NCBI GenBank assembly: GCA_013265495.1
Contig: MU058791.1
Location: forward strand, 62,001-126,000
Source: Vicugna vicugna
Taxonomy: Eukaryota
Direction of reading: 5' to 3'
Length of the DNA: 64,000 nucleotides
Shown here: in pieces, positions 24,805 through 37,632 of the stretch
How the letters are laid out: each line of letters opens with the position of its first letter
Numbering within the stretch: the first letter of the stretch is position 1
Made by a program: the position numbers and the translations under genes
Notes under the pieces: model-generated
Database searches by the model: none
What the model was told of the DNA's origin: nothing
Seen by the model: only the letters and a program-made list of their open reading frames with translations

Positions 24805-25505
24805 GTGAGTTTTTTTTTTTAACCTTTGTAAGTAATCGTTAAAAAAAGTAAAGCTTTTGATGGAAATAAATTACTTAGTAATTAAGACAGGGTAACAGTC
24901 AGTTTTTATCTCAGATGCTGCCTGTCAGCAGTTGGCACGGACTGTCTGGAATGCTCTGTTGACGATGATCATGAGGCCACATTCCCTTCCTACAGGAAAT
25001 CATGTCTGTCTGGATTCCAGAGGCATAGGTGATGGTCTTCACCATCCCCAGTTTAGGATGCGTATAATACCACCTACCTTCTCTTTGGGGCTTTCCTAAG
25101 TATTACTAGCAACGCACTGCTTATTTTAAGCATCATAAAAAGCCCAGTTTTTGAACTTTATTTCTACCCAGAGAAAATACGTGAACAAGTATGTGCATTA
25201 CTTTAAAAGCCGCCCATTTTCTTTCCTCTCAGGTTATTATTTTGTCTGCTATGATACACCCAAGTTAAACATTGAAAATAACTTGCTCTTACTTTGTCTA
25301 AGCACATTTTCCATGAGGTAAAACTGATCATCAACCAAGAAAGTGTGATTTGAACAGAATCATATCAACACTGTTTGTTTATTTAATGTGATATTGACAT
25401 GCATTAACTTACCTAAAATAAACTTGGGGTATTCGAATTTATCATGTTACTAGATATTCCTGAATGAAAAACTGCAATGTAAGTGCAACTAAAGAAGGGA
25501 GTCAT

Positions 25506-25642
25506 GGCGGGGGCAGTGTAGCTCAGTGGTAGAGCATGTGCTTAGCATGCACGAGGTCCTGGATTTAGTCCCCAACAGCTCCATTAAAAATAAATAAACC
25601 TAATTACTTTCCCCCTCTAAACAAACAAACTAACCCCTCAAA
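25506..25642 (+). mobile_element. tRNA-Ala-derived SINE (vic-1-like), long form
   Basis: gtgtagctcagtggtagagcatgtgcttagcatgcacgaggtcctgg; TSD AAAGAAGGGAGTCAT (25491-25505) / AAAGAATGGAGTCCT (25643-25657). Confidence 0.9.
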
Positions 25643-26323
25643 AAAGAATGGAGTCCTACATATGATTAAGAAATTGGATGGAAGTCCTCCTTTCAGAGTA
25701 GAGAACTTTTTCCTAGATGTGGAGCAAACTGAAGGAGTTTTTACAGTACTCCCTTCTGTGTATTTGGAATATCAGCAAGTCACTCTGAAGAAAGGAATGT
25801 TTACTTTTCCACGGCCTGAAACATCAGGCTTGTGAAGGCGGGACAGCACGTATGAACAGGAAAAACAGGCTGCGTCCGTGCAATGCACTAGGAACACGAA
25901 AGACATACAGTGACAGATATTTCACATTTTCTCAAAGAAAATGGAAAAGAATGCCAACTTTTAGAGAGTTCACTGGAAAAAATGAACTGACTGTGTGCAG
26001 GTTTAAAATTTCTTTCATTTTTTACCCAATAAACATTTTTATGACTTTGAATTCTTTCCCTTTTACTAAATAAAAGTAACTGCCATTTCTAAAGTAAGAA
26101 TGCATGGCAAGATGGAACTTCAGGGTTCACCGGTCCATATGAACCTTTATAACTGGTAAGTTTTATATCTGTATAAAATGCTGAGTAATGTATAATGCAG
26201 GCCTCATCTGATTGGTCTTCTGGTCTACTTTAATGGTTCTTTCAAAAAGAGGTTCAAATCACATTTTGATGTTTCGGAAAAGAATATTATATATTAACAG
26301 AATATAAAATATTTTCTTGTTAG

Positions 26324-26446
26324 GTATTTCTCAGAGGGACTACACACAATACTATGATCATATTTCCAAACAAAAGGAAGAGATTTGCAGATGCATACAA
26401 GACTTTTTCAAGAAACACATACAGTATAAATTCTTAGATGAAGACT
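26324..26446 (+). CDS. CDC123: CDC123 coding exon 9 (123 nt)
   Basis: cttgttag|GT ATT TCT CAG...GAC T|gtgagt; encodes ISQRDYTQYYDHISKQKEEICRCIQDFFKKHIQYKFLDED(F). Confidence 0.97.
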
Positions 26447-27336
26447 GTGAGTATTTTTTACTGACCCAGTGAAATGCATGTTACTGAACCTTATTTCACA
26501 GTGGTGTATATTTTAAAATTGGATTTGAAAAACTATTTTAAGCATTTTGCTGTATTACGGTATTGCTGATGGATTGGCATGTTGATTTTACCTTTTTAAG
26601 CCAGAGTCCCTTTTTAGTACTGAGACAGTTCTCTCTCCTGTCTTTTGAGGTATTTTATTATACATCTCAGAGAGTCTCTACAGAGAACCAGATGCTTCTG
26701 TTATTAGGACTAAAATCAGCTGGTTGACTTACCTACCTTTCTAGGTTTTTTATTTGAATGACCAGATAGTACTAGTTACGAAGCAAATATTTGTGAGTTG
26801 TTAATAAGAACTGAAGGTTTATTGTGTATGAGAAAGTTTTCATGCATCGTCAAATTATATCTTCTGTGGTTTACACTTTTCTACTTGCCAAGCCTGGGGT
26901 CTATGACAGATTTGACTTTTAAAAAAGATTAATCATGCCATAAGCACAGCTAGATTTTATGCTTTCCTACTACAGGTTTGGCTCATTTAATTCCCCATCA
27001 AATAGCAAGTTCCTGATGCACCTTTCACTAGTGTGGGTAACCTGTCTGTAATGGTGAACCGGTTGAGGCAATGTCGGTGTCTGGTTTGAATTTTTAAATA
27101 TAAGGGATGATGGCTGAGGATGAGGAAAGAAAAGCAAAATTATGTAAGTGAAACATTGCAGGATGCCTCTTTATAGTTTGAAGTTTTGAGATGTAGAAGC
27201 ATGAAGTCCTCAAGGTCAACAATCTAGTCTTCTGTGTGAGTAGCTGATAATAAAATGTATTTTAATTTTCAAAAGGAGACTCAGTTCATGGAAATAGTAG
27301 TTCACTGTTAACTTTGAGTCTTTTTCTCCTTTGCAG

Positions 27337-27365
27337 TTGTATTCGATATATATAGAGACAGTAGG
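27337..27365 (+). CDS. CDC123: CDC123 coding exon 10 (29 nt)
   Basis: cctttgcag|TT GTA TTC GAT ATA TAT AGA GAC AGT AGG|gtaagt; encodes (F)VFDIYRDSR. Confidence 0.96.
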
Positions 27366-28669
27366 GTAAGTAAAAAATAATATTTGATATGCTTTAAACA
27401 CATAGGCATTCTATATGTGAAGGGCTCACTGCTCAAAAAATATTTCCTCAAATCAACTAAGGTATTTGACGTACACAGTGGACAAGAATCTCCCCTTAAA
27501 ATATCCTTAACACTGGGAGACACGGTGTCTTCCATCATTACGAGTCACAAGTTCAGGGATTATTGATGTAACAGACGGCTAAACGCCACCCTCTGCCCTC
27601 CTTTTCCTGGGGTCTGCGCCTGCTTAAAATAGTTCAGTTCGCACTCTTCAGTGTGGCCAGGAGTTTGTCACTTGATGTTTAGATGGTTATTTTCAATCAC
27701 CTGAAAGGTAATTGAGTCACTTGTACCTTTAGACTGAAGATGAGGATTTGAGTGATTTATGTTTATTCTGTAATCTTAAAGTGATGGAAACTTCTGTAAT
27801 GAAACAGAAAACAAAAACCTGACCTAATAAATCTTGCAGCAAAGATTTCACTATGAAGACATGCAAGAGAAATTTGGGTCACTGAGGGTCCTATGATGGT
27901 GCTCACTGACTTAGCTGTGCAGAGGACAGCAGGTGTGTTTTCTAAGTACGTGACCCATATGTTTCCTAAACGTTACCCACAGTGTTCTCATTCCTTCTCC
28001 ACACCCATGTCGCCTCACTGTTGTGTTGCTTGTGATAGCTTTGAATCATTTTTTTGGACACAAGGATATGGCCTGTATGGTCACGTCCTGAAATAACTTA
28101 ACTGTTTACTCTCCTCTGTGGAGCTGAAGACATCAGTTACTCTGTTTTCACCTCTCTGTCTTGAAGGGGGATGGCATCTCTTAAGTTAGAAAGGGAGCTA
28201 TAAATTGAGCTGTGATAAAGAAGAGGGATGTTACCTGGCAGAATTCCAACTTAGTGGAAACAAACCTAGAGAAGGGATGGGGAGCCGTTGTGGTGGAATG
28301 GCTGCGACCTGAGCTGTGGGAGCTCAGGGCTCCATTCCAGCCTCTGCCTCTGACAGCCAGACACCGGCCACGTCCGGTCACTCACGCGCCCACCATTTCT
28401 CGAGAGCCTGTGATAGGTTAGATGCTGTGCTTCTAACAAGATGATGTCTCGACCTTCAAGGAGCTTACCTTGGAGACTTCCACCTGCCAGGGAACTGGCC
28501 TGGTCAAAAGCAGGAACAAATCAGTCAGTGAGGGAGTAGACCTAGCCCTTCACCCTGAGTGTGCAGCTCAGAAGAACTTTATTCTTACTTAATTCAGGAC
28601 CTCCTGTAGTCCACACAACCCTGTGAAGTATGTGTCATTTGTTCCCATGTTACAGATACTAAACCTAAA

Positions 28670-29985
28670 GCAGTTATATTTTTCACTCATAATTTCTTCA
28701 AATACATTTTCCATTCCCTTTTATCTTCCTTCTCCTTCTGGGACCCCTGTTATGTGTAGATTGGTTCGCTTGGTATTATCCCCTAGGTCTCATGTGTTGC
28801 TTTCATTTTTTTTATTTGTCTTTCTGTCTGCTGTTCTGATCAGGTGATTTCCATTATTCCGTCTTCCAGATCACTTACTCGTTCTTCTGCATTATTTAGT
28901 TTGCTGTTTATTGCCTTTAGCTCAGCTTTCATCTCAGCAATTGAGTTTTCTGATTTTCATTGGCTCCTCTTTATAGTTTCTAGTTCCTTGTCACAGTGAT
29001 CTGCGTTTCTGTTGAGAGCCTTTTTAGCTCCTTCAGTATTTTTATTACCTCCTTTCCGAACTTGGGATCTGGTAGACTGGAGAGGCCTGTTTCATTATTT
29101 TTTTGAGGGATTTCTCTTGCTTTAGTTAGGCATCTGCTTCTTCATTTTACTTATATTTCTCTGACTCTGAATTTAGGAGAAACAGTTGTGTGCTGCAGTC
29201 TTGAGGGCTGTTTTCCTGTGAGAGTGTCCCCGGGTAGCCTGCATGCATCTAATACTTTTGTGCGAGGGCTGTTTTTAGTGTGAGTGGCTGCCACGTCTTT
29301 CCTCCACGTGTGCTGGCTGTGACCCCCTTGACAGGGGGTGTGACTGGTGCCGTGGTGACCAGAGCCTGCACTGGGTGTTGAGGAGGGCCTCCTCTTTGCT
29401 CTCTGGTTGTCACAGCCCAGTTGGGGGCCGGGTCTAATCCCCAGTTGCTGGAGGAGAAGTCCTCAGATCGGTTTCTGAGCTGCGGTGTGAGGTGGGCAGG
29501 ACTAGAGCACTTCTGCTGGGAAAGGAGCTGCTAAGTCTTTCTCCTCAGGAGCTGTCCCCCGGGCAGTGCACACCGTGGTGTCACCTGTCACCTGTTGTGC
29601 GGGCTCCCAGAGTGCACTGTGATTGGCGCTGCCCTCGCCCCGCCTCAGCTGTGGGAATGCAGGTAGTTAGGCCAGATGTCCCTCAGGTGCTGTGCTCACA
29701 AAGCCACCAACACGGATCTGCTGGTGCAGATCCCCCGAAGTCAGGTACCAGGATCCGCACATCGTCACACACCTAGACCTGCTGTGGGAGCCAAGGGATC
29801 AGCCCAGACCCCAGCCCTGCCTCCACGTGCACACGCCCATGGAGCCCTCAGCTTGAAGCAGTTCTGTCTTAATGCAGTTATATTTAATGGCATTTGCAGA
29901 TTTGTAGCTTGCCCGGGTCTCTCACTGTTTCCCTGGCACACGCCCAGGTAGGTCTGCTGTGATGTTCGGGAGGGCCGGCCAGTCA
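28670..29985 (-). mobile_element. L1- or HAL1-type 5' UTR plus ORF1 region
   Basis: Antisense ORF1-type text (tttcttcaaatacatttt...ccttctgggacccctgttatgtgtagattgg...tcttccagatcacttactcgttcttctgc) grading into a GC-rich 5'UTR-like segment. Confidence 0.6.
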
Positions 29986-30769
29986 ATGGAAATGTGTAGT
30001 TTGGTGAAAGAGTTATGTAGATGTCTTAAGTGAAGTTAGACGTGTCCATAAGTAATTACTGCTGGGATCTTACAGAACTGAAAGCAGCCATGTGCTTTCA
30101 AAGTGGGAAACCTCCCAGTACAAACATCCTGACAGCTTCTGAGAAGAGATACGAGCCATGACGTCAGGCTCCCTTGTATTCACTCAGTGCATGGTCTCAG
30201 ACACATAATTTTACAACCATTCTTGCGACAGAACTAACTCTTCTTTTATGGTGGTCTCTGACATGAAGTGTAACTGGAGTGTGTTTGGGCTGGGCAGCAC
30301 GTCGATGTGTCTGCTTTCTGCTGGCGCCCGGGCAAGGTGCCTCAGTATGGATAGGTTCTAACCCCACGTATGTCAGAGCCGTGGCCACCCAGCCATCAGG
30401 GCTGGGGTGAGGCCTTGGAATGTGTATTTTAAGAAGCTCCTTGAGCAATGATAACACATAACTGGAATTTAGAATAACGACCTTAGATACTTGAAAAATG
30501 ATTCATTCGGGTCCCCTTATGGATTCTTTTTGGTGATAGTTACTGTTTTGTTACTAATTTCATTGCTTTTGGGGATGAATATGTCTGCCCTTGAGTCTTG
30601 GATATTGTTGAGAATGGATTTGCAACTTGGTCACTTTTTCATAACTCTCCTGTGTGTGATTGAAAAATGAAAGTACAGTTTCTAATGTTAAAGTATTTTG
30701 TAGGTGTTTTGTTGGATTAAGCATATTAATAATGTTAAAATCTTCTGTGTGTTATGAATGAAGTGATGT

Positions 30770-30975
30770 CTGAGGATCCCTTCAAAGCAGTACAGATTTG
30801 GGGGAACAGGTGGGCTATAGATGAAACAAAACCAGCCACAGATTCGACAAGAGAACTGTGGAAACTGATGGAAGGCACATGGGCTCCTTGTACTATTTTG
30901 TCTGCTTTTGTTTATATTTCAACTTTTCCATGTAAAAACTTTTTTTTTTAACTTTAAAAAGCATGAAAAAAAATC
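30770..30975 (+). mobile_element. Old L1 (L1MC/ME) 3' end fragment
   Basis: aagtgatgtctgagg...gatggaaggcacatgggctccttgtactattttgtctgcttttgtttatatttc. Confidence 0.5.
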
Positions 30976-30979
30976 TACA

Positions 30980-32390
30980 TCTTTCCTAATTTTGTCTACT
31001 TAATTTATCAGTTACCGAACAGGGTATATTGAAACCTCCTGCTTTCTAGTTCTGTCTTTTTTTGTGTTACATACTTTGGGGTTATGTTCTTCAACAAATG
31101 CTAGTTCGTGATGGTTTTGTTTTCCCAGTGAATTCTCATCCTTAGGCAGTGACCCTCTCTGTCCCTAGTAACACACTGGTGCTTTTTGCATTAAAGTGTG
31201 TTTTGTCTGATTAATACTGTTGCTAGTTTTCTTTTGGTCTTAGAATGTATCTTTTTTCAGTCTTTTTATTTTTAGCCGTTGGGTTTTAGGTGTGCATTTG
31301 TGTCTTGTAAAGTAGTGTGTTGCTGGGTTTTGTTTTTTCATTCAGTGACAGTTCCTGGTTTTAACGGGCAAGTGTAGTTTGTATTGATCATGTTTGATAT
31401 TTGAATGTTTTCCAGCGTATTTTCTTGACTGTTTTGATTTGCTTTGCTTTCCTATGCTTTTTTTTAATCCTTTTATTTATATTACTGTTTTTTCTTTATT
31501 CTTTCCACCCTCTCCCCCAATTATTTTGAAGTTTGGCTTTTTATTTCTGTTATTTTGGTAGTTTATCATTAAATCTTAATATGGGTAATTAATAAGCTCT
31601 AAAGTTAATTTCACCTCCTGTCACCCTCATAATGCAAGGACCTTGGAACACTAGTTCCTGGCACCCATTTTGGTCTCATGTGATTTCTGAATTTTCGTTC
31701 AGCTTTGGATTTATCCCGCAAATTACGCATTGCTGTCACTGTTCAGTTTCTTTGCTCACCAGTGCTTTTTGCTTCTCACTGCTTTTTGGATCCAGTTTCT
31801 TTCTGACAGCACGTCCTTGAGTAGTTAAGTCCCTCTGCTGTTGGCTGGGGAAGGTTTTGTTTCAGTTTTGGGCGTGAATGACGATCTTAGCTGAGTACTG
31901 AATTGTCAGTTGACCAGTTCTGTTGCCTCAGCACCTGGAACACACTGTCCCATTGTGGTCAACTTTCCTTTCCTTTCCATTTTTCTCTTTTGTCTTTTTG
32001 CCATACTTTCAAAATCTAAGAATTCATTTCTTTTGTCAGTTACGGAGAATCTCAGGTACTTTTTCAAACACTGTGTCTTCCTTCTCTGTCCTCCAGCCTC
32101 TGGGATCTGATGAGAGGTGTGCTGGCGCGTCTCCTCGCCTCCTTTCCCCCCTGTTCCTCTCGGTGCTGTGCTGTGCGGTTCCTCAGCTGTGCTCTAGTTC
32201 ACTGGTTCTCTTCCAGCCACGTCTCATTTGATTCTTTTAACCTTTTTACTGTGTTTTAAATCATAGCAGCTAGATTTTTTCATTTCTGCAGATTTTGTTT
32301 GGTGACTTTTTCAATTCTGCCTATTCCTTTTTTCATAGTATCTTGGTTTTAGGGCTTTGATTTCTTTCATATTTTCAGTCATTTAAAACT
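30980..32390 (-). mobile_element. Ancient L1M internal fragments
   Basis: T-rich antisense L1 motifs (agtgaccctctctgtccctagtaa, ttaaagtgtgttttgtctgatt, ttttcatttctgcagattttgtttgg). Confidence 0.55.
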
Positions 32391-32394
32391 GCTG

Positions 32395-32880
32395 AATTTT
32401 TTTGGTCAGATTTTTTGAGATACAGTTTTCGTAAAGTTCACCATTTGTAGCGTCTGTGAGTTTTGACAGACGCGTCCAGCCGTGTGACCACGGCCGCAGC
32501 GAGGACGCACAGCTGCTCCAGCGCCGCCCCGGGCTCCTCGTGAGCCGCCCCAGCCCCCGGCGGACACCGGTCCAGAACTCGCAGAGTCTTAAAACTTTTA
32601 ATTGATGATACATTCACGTAGCTCAAAAATCAAATCAGTGTGAAAATACACACAGAAGGTCCGCTCTCCCCCCGCCCCTCGGCACTGCTACAGGGACGCT
32701 TGCGTTTGTTTCTGCTGGATCCTTGCGGTATTTCTCGATGCAGAACCAAGCAGCACACTCAGTTTTTTCCCATCTTTCTTACACAAGAGTTAGCATATGA
32801 TACACACTTGGACCTTGCTTTTTGCACTTTTTTAAAGCAATGTATCTCGGAGGGCTTTCTAGTTTCTTACATGGCTGTGT
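32395..32880 (-). mobile_element. Old L1 3' end fragments, locally very GC/CpG-rich
   Basis: tttgagatacag...aaagttcaccatttgtag...tgagttttgacaga...cagccgtgtgaccac, followed by a second 3' end at ~32595. Confidence 0.6.
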
Positions 32881-34762
32881 GTGTGTGTGTGTGTTCTGGT
32901 CTGGACTGAGCTCTTTAAAGGAGTAGATTCTGTGTTACTGATCTTTATACCTCAATGCCTGGCACCGTGTTTGGTGCCTAGAGATTTGCTTGGGAGGACT
33001 TGGTGGGTGGTGAGTTGGTGGATATTAGGAAGGTCAGTGTGGCCACTTTTATCTGATGGATCACCTACAGCAACTTCTCAGGATGTCCTGTTTCCGAGGT
33101 ATGACATGAAAAACGTGTTATAGGTATAAAATCCTCATCTTGATAGTTTTAGGCCTGATTACGGCTGGTTTATTTTTCTTTAGATTAGAGGGTGGCTTCT
33201 GACTCACAGAACAGATTCTGCCAGCCATCAGTCCTAACAGCAGTGATCTTATTTGTTTTTTTCACACTGTGGCAGAGTTTTAGTTTATGGAGTCAATATC
33301 CTGATACAGATGCAGCGAGTTTTTTTTCTTTAAAAAAAAAAGAAAAAATATAATGAGATGGTTTTACTGGTTATAAAAACTCAAGTAGAAAGGGTTTGAA
33401 GGTTAGAAAATACCCATTTTGTTAAAATAACATGCAGTATACCAAAGACATCAGAGTCATCGCCCAAAAAGCAAAGCTGACATCGTACGAAGGGGTTGAT
33501 TGATGGCTGACATTACTTCACACATTGAGAGAACGTCTGAGTGGGCACCAGACTGAGGTGAGGATACAACTCAAGTGGCGAGAAGGAGCTGCAGGATTTC
33601 TCCTGGGGATCCTAAAAACTAGGACACTTGGCCAAACAGCGTATGGTACAGACTTCCTGTGATGGTTCTCTGCCGCTCACGAGAGGTTTCTAGTTTGGAG
33701 CTAGTGCTAATAGATGTTTCATCTGTCTTAAGTTTTTCCTTGAACCCAGATGAGAAATAGTCCTAGGTGTTAGTGATGCGGGCTCAGCAGCCTAGTTAGT
33801 TCCTTAGGTATTTGTAATTTTACACACGCGTGTCTGATCAAGACAAGATTGCTACATATTTGCAGAAAAAAAACTACCAACAACCAAACAGTCCAATTAT
33901 ACGAATTTCTCAATGAGAAAGATCAAGAGGTGCAAAGACAGAAGTTTCCAGGAAACGTTTATCTACTAAATGGCACGTGCGTCTCTGTGATCAAATGTGT
34001 TGGCTCTGATTTCCCAGCAGGATTTTGCAGATTCCCCGGCTCATTTATGGCTGTGCTCTCCCACTTTATACTAAGATGCCACTGTCTCTGACTAACCTGG
34101 TCTGACCAGATCAGAGCTGTTTTTTCCCTGAGGCTGGTCCTATCACGCTGTCCATCACTTCTCTCTCAGTTGGAGAAGACTGACTGTTTCTTTCAAAGGT
34201 TGATACATTGTTTTAATTTCATCTCCCTTTCCTATGTCATCAAGTTCTATCACGCAGAGAAGATAGTTATTACATTGAAATTAAAGACAACTGAGCTTTT
34301 TCTTAAGTCTTTCGTATGTTTAACAAAAAATAAAAAACAGCCCTTTCCAGCAGCCTCTCAGGGTTCAGGAACGGTGCTGAGAGCTGCTTCCTTGGGAAGG
34401 GTAACTGAAGACACCCTCAAGCGTCCCAGCTACCCTGCTTTGGGGGAAACACTTTGTGAGGGTGTCCTTTTACCTGCTTGGGTTTTTGATGTGACTTCCC
34501 CCCATGTCCTGGGGCAGGAGTTGGAAGATATGTCTCCGTCAGGGACCTCTCTTCTAGGTCTCTCCTCTGCCTTCCCTTTGGGTCTGTGCCTCCTTGACTT
34601 AGACAGGTGGCCCTTTCTCAGGTGGTACTTGGAGGAACTGCCGTTCGAAATAAATGATAAGGTTTTTAAGATTATATTTTGGATAAAATTATACGACCTT
34701 TCTGATAAGACAGATGACTTGGTTTCATCTTATGCTCATGAGACTTTCTGTCTGTGCTGCAG

Positions 34763-34891
34763 GGCAAGGTGTGGCTGATTGATTTTAATCCGTTTGGTGA
34801 AGTGACAGATTCGCTGCTGTTTACATGGGATGAGCTGATATCTGGAAGAAACCTAAAGGGAGATTTTACTGAAGGAGAAGCTCTGGAGCAG
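34763..34891 (+). CDS. CDC123: CDC123 coding exon 11 (129 nt)
   Basis: gtgctgcag|GGC AAG GTG TGG...GAG CAG|gtgaga; encodes GKVWLIDFNPFGEVTDSLLFTWDELISGRNLKGDFTEGEALEQ, including the ATP-grasp DxN metal-binding motif. Confidence 0.97.
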
Positions 34892-35559
34892 GTGAGATGA
34901 TGAAGAGGGTCCACAGCCAACCTCTCAGGCCACTGAGCAACTGCTCGCTTGTCCTTTGGGCAGGAACACAGATTCACTCAGAGACACTGGCCCCCAGCAG
35001 TGATGGGAGAAGCGTGTGCTTTGTGACTTACTCACTTAAGTTGGTCTGAAGAAATGAGATCACCTGATAGATTTTTTTCTTGTTTTTCTTTTTCTTGGCT
35101 CCTCTGTCCTGCCCACCTGGGAGAACCCTGACTCTGGTCTGTTTACTCTGGTGCCAGCCCCAGGCTGATAGAGGGGCGTCGCTCTGACACACAGATGGGA
35201 GCTCTTCCCCGTCCCAACCCCCGACTTCCCACGGGCTGTCACTACCACCTGCGTGTCCCTCACCAGCATCCTCTCCCCTCTCCACTCTCTCCTTTCTCCC
35301 CATCTCCACAGCCACACCGTCTTACAGCAACAACTTTGTCTTGCTTTTTTTCTGCCTATAAAAGTAGTGCATGCTCATTTTTAAATTAAATTTGAAAGTC
35401 ACCCATCATCTTACCACCTTAAGACCCAGTGTTTGTATTTCGTCTGTAGCATGCCTATTCAAATGAGGGCACTACGTGTGCAGTCCTGTCTGCTCAGTGC
35501 TTCATTTCCTGCTGTCTTGTGTTTTCTGCCTTTTACAGAATAGTTTTATCTTCACCTGA

Positions 35560-35772
35560 CTAGCCGTCTAAAGGGGAGCCTACATGGTTCTTTTCTCATC
35601 GTAGCGCCCTGTTGTTTAGTTTTTGTAACCCATTTTACTATCTGGATCAGCCTTGTGAGTTTATTTATTTGCTTGCTCGTTGGCTTTCTGCCATTCTTGC
35701 TGACCAGCTTTTCTCCCATCCTGAGAACAAGGTCCAGCACACAGTAGGTGTTTGATGAGTACTTGTCAGATG
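35560..35772 (+). mobile_element. L2 3' end fragment
   Basis: ccagcacacagtaggtgtttgatgagtacttgt, the L2 terminus. Confidence 0.55.
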
Positions 35773-36511
35773 GCTGGTCTGTCCCAAGAGACAGCCTGCT
35801 TTGTAGGGCTCTGTGGTCCTGTTCTGTGCCAGCTCCCGGCTTGCCTCCATCTGCTGGACTCCAGCTGTCCCTCTCCTAGACAGCTGCCGCCTTTGAAGCG
35901 CACACCCAAGGCCTCTGCTCGGAAGTTCTTTCCAGCACCAGGCACCGTGTAAATAGCCTGTGCAAGACTCTAGGCAAGTACGTTAAAGAATGTGAAGGCC
36001 CGTTAAATAGGATCCCTGCATTTGCAGACATAAAAGTCTGACAGAGACCCGCAAAGAAGTAAGTTAAATGACATGAGAAAAGAACAGAAGGCTTAGGAGT
36101 TCGGAGCCCTGGTTTGCCCCACGGTTATTCTCGCAGGCAGCCCTTCCCAGCCGTGTGCCTGCGGAAAACAGTCATGGTGGTAAAGCCTGCTGGCCCGTCT
36201 GGGACTGCTCCGCGCCGGAGATGAGTAGCCTCGGCCTGTGAGAGACCCCCTCATCCGCACCGCAGCCCTCAGGGGTCCGCCTGGCTCCCCCAGACTCTGT
36301 CTTCACATACGTTGTATTCTTACATTCTTGTGAGTCTGTGGAAGTGTTTTTCAAAAATCTTGGTGTTTGCTTTTGCTTCAGAATTGCGTTTCCTTCCCTG
36401 CCTAGTACAAAAGTGGACACAGAGTGGAGTGCTAAGCTAGGCTCTTTTTCAGTCTGGAGAACAGACTTGAAAAGGAGCGTTCTCACCGACTCCCCTCTTC
36501 CCTTTGTGAAG

Positions 36512-36649
36512 GACTCCCCGGCCTTCCGTTGCACCAACAGCGAAGTCACAGTGCAGCCGAGTCCCTACCTGAGCTATCGGCTGCCCAAGGACTTCGTGGA
36601 CCTCTCGACCGGCGAAGACGCTCACAAACTCATAGATTTCCTGAAACTG
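36512..36649 (+). CDS. CDC123: CDC123 coding exon 12 (138 nt)
   Basis: ctttgtgaag|GAC TCC CCG...AAA CTG|gtaaag; encodes DSPAFRCTNSEVTVQPSPYLSYRLPKDFVDLSTGEDAHKLIDFLKL, visible inside ORF 36338..36670. Confidence 0.97.
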
Positions 36650-36902
36650 GTAAAGTTCACGTATGCTTAGTGCGCTGGTTCGTCTCTGCTTTCACACAGA
36701 CTTTTTGCTGTTTCATTTCAGTCCTATACCACGTAGGCTTTTATTTGATTGGGAACTAAAGGGACAGAATTACTGAGTCAGGTCATTTTTAATGAAAAAT
36801 GCAAAGTTAGCTGAAGGAATCATTGATTGACAGAAAACCTTTTTATGGTGTGATGCTTTTGAATGATTTTCATAATACTTCTAATTTTGAACGAAGTGTA
36901 TA

Positions 36903-37078
36903 CAGTTGACCCTTAAATAAACAGAGGAAAATCAGCATATAACTTAGAGCCAGCCCTTCACACACCCACGGAGTCAACCAGTGCGGTCTTGTAGTAACTG
37001 TAGAATTTACTCTGGGAAAAAAACCCGCACGTAAGTGGACCCGTGTGGTTCAGACCCATGTTGTTCAAGGGTCAGCTG
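36903..37078 (-). mobile_element. Tigger2-family MITE (TcMar-Tigger)
   Basis: Terminal inverted repeats CAGTTGACCCTT (36903-36914) / AAGGGTCAGCTG (37067-37078), TA on the left flank, and internal cgcacgtaagtggacccgtgtggttcagacccatgttgttcaaggg. Confidence 0.85.
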
Positions 37079-37415
37079 TGTACACTGTTACAGGTCTGAG
37101 AGAGCAGGGCTCCTCCGGGCTCCTCCAGGGGGAACGTGAGCATCTAAGTCTGCGTGGGTCTCTGTGTGGTAATATTTGTACACAAAGAAGAAAGAGAAGA
37201 AGATGTTCACACAGTGAGGGTAGCGTGCCCAGGAGCCAGAGTGATAAACCAGCCTAGGGAGCTATGGAAGGCATGCTTCTCCATGCCGGTTTTCAACCAC
37301 ATCTTTTGCCAAGGCCTCCGGAAGGTCATAACTCGCCAACAGAAAAAGTGATCTCAGTCGAACAGATGTCCAGCGGGAAGGTGCTGTTTTAATGTCTCGT
37401 GGTTTCCTTTGACAG

Positions 37416-37442
37416 AAGAGAAATCAGCAAGAGGATGCCTGA
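37416..37442 (+). CDS. CDC123: CDC123 last exon (13), coding part including stop
   Basis: cctttgacag|AAG AGA AAT CAG CAA GAG GAT GCC TGA, followed by a second TGA; encodes KRNQQEDA*. Confidence 0.94.
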   Translation, partial: KRNQQEDA

Positions 37443-37632
37443 TGACGTGCCAGAGCTGAAGGCCAAGTCACAGCGGAAGCAGCGCTGCTGCTGGGGGCCG
37501 GACGCCATTCACAGCCTCCTATTAACCCGGGGCAGGGGGGCTGGGGGAGCAGGATGGAAATCAGCAGCTTTTTATATTCATGTATAAAGCTGGGGGGAAA
37601 TGGAGGGGCTTTGCTACATGTAGAAATCACAT

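Noticed and set aside
29400..29990. GC-rich segment as an internal CDC123 promoter
   Set aside because: It is contiguous with antisense L1/HAL1 ORF1-type sequence and is best explained as that element's 5' UTR.
34170..34778. 202-aa ORF
   Set aside because: It starts at TTG, is intronic, overlaps exon 11 out of frame and resembles no protein I know.
36338..36670. 110-aa ORF as a standalone gene
   Set aside because: Only 36512-36649 is CDC123 exon 12; the rest is in-frame intron.
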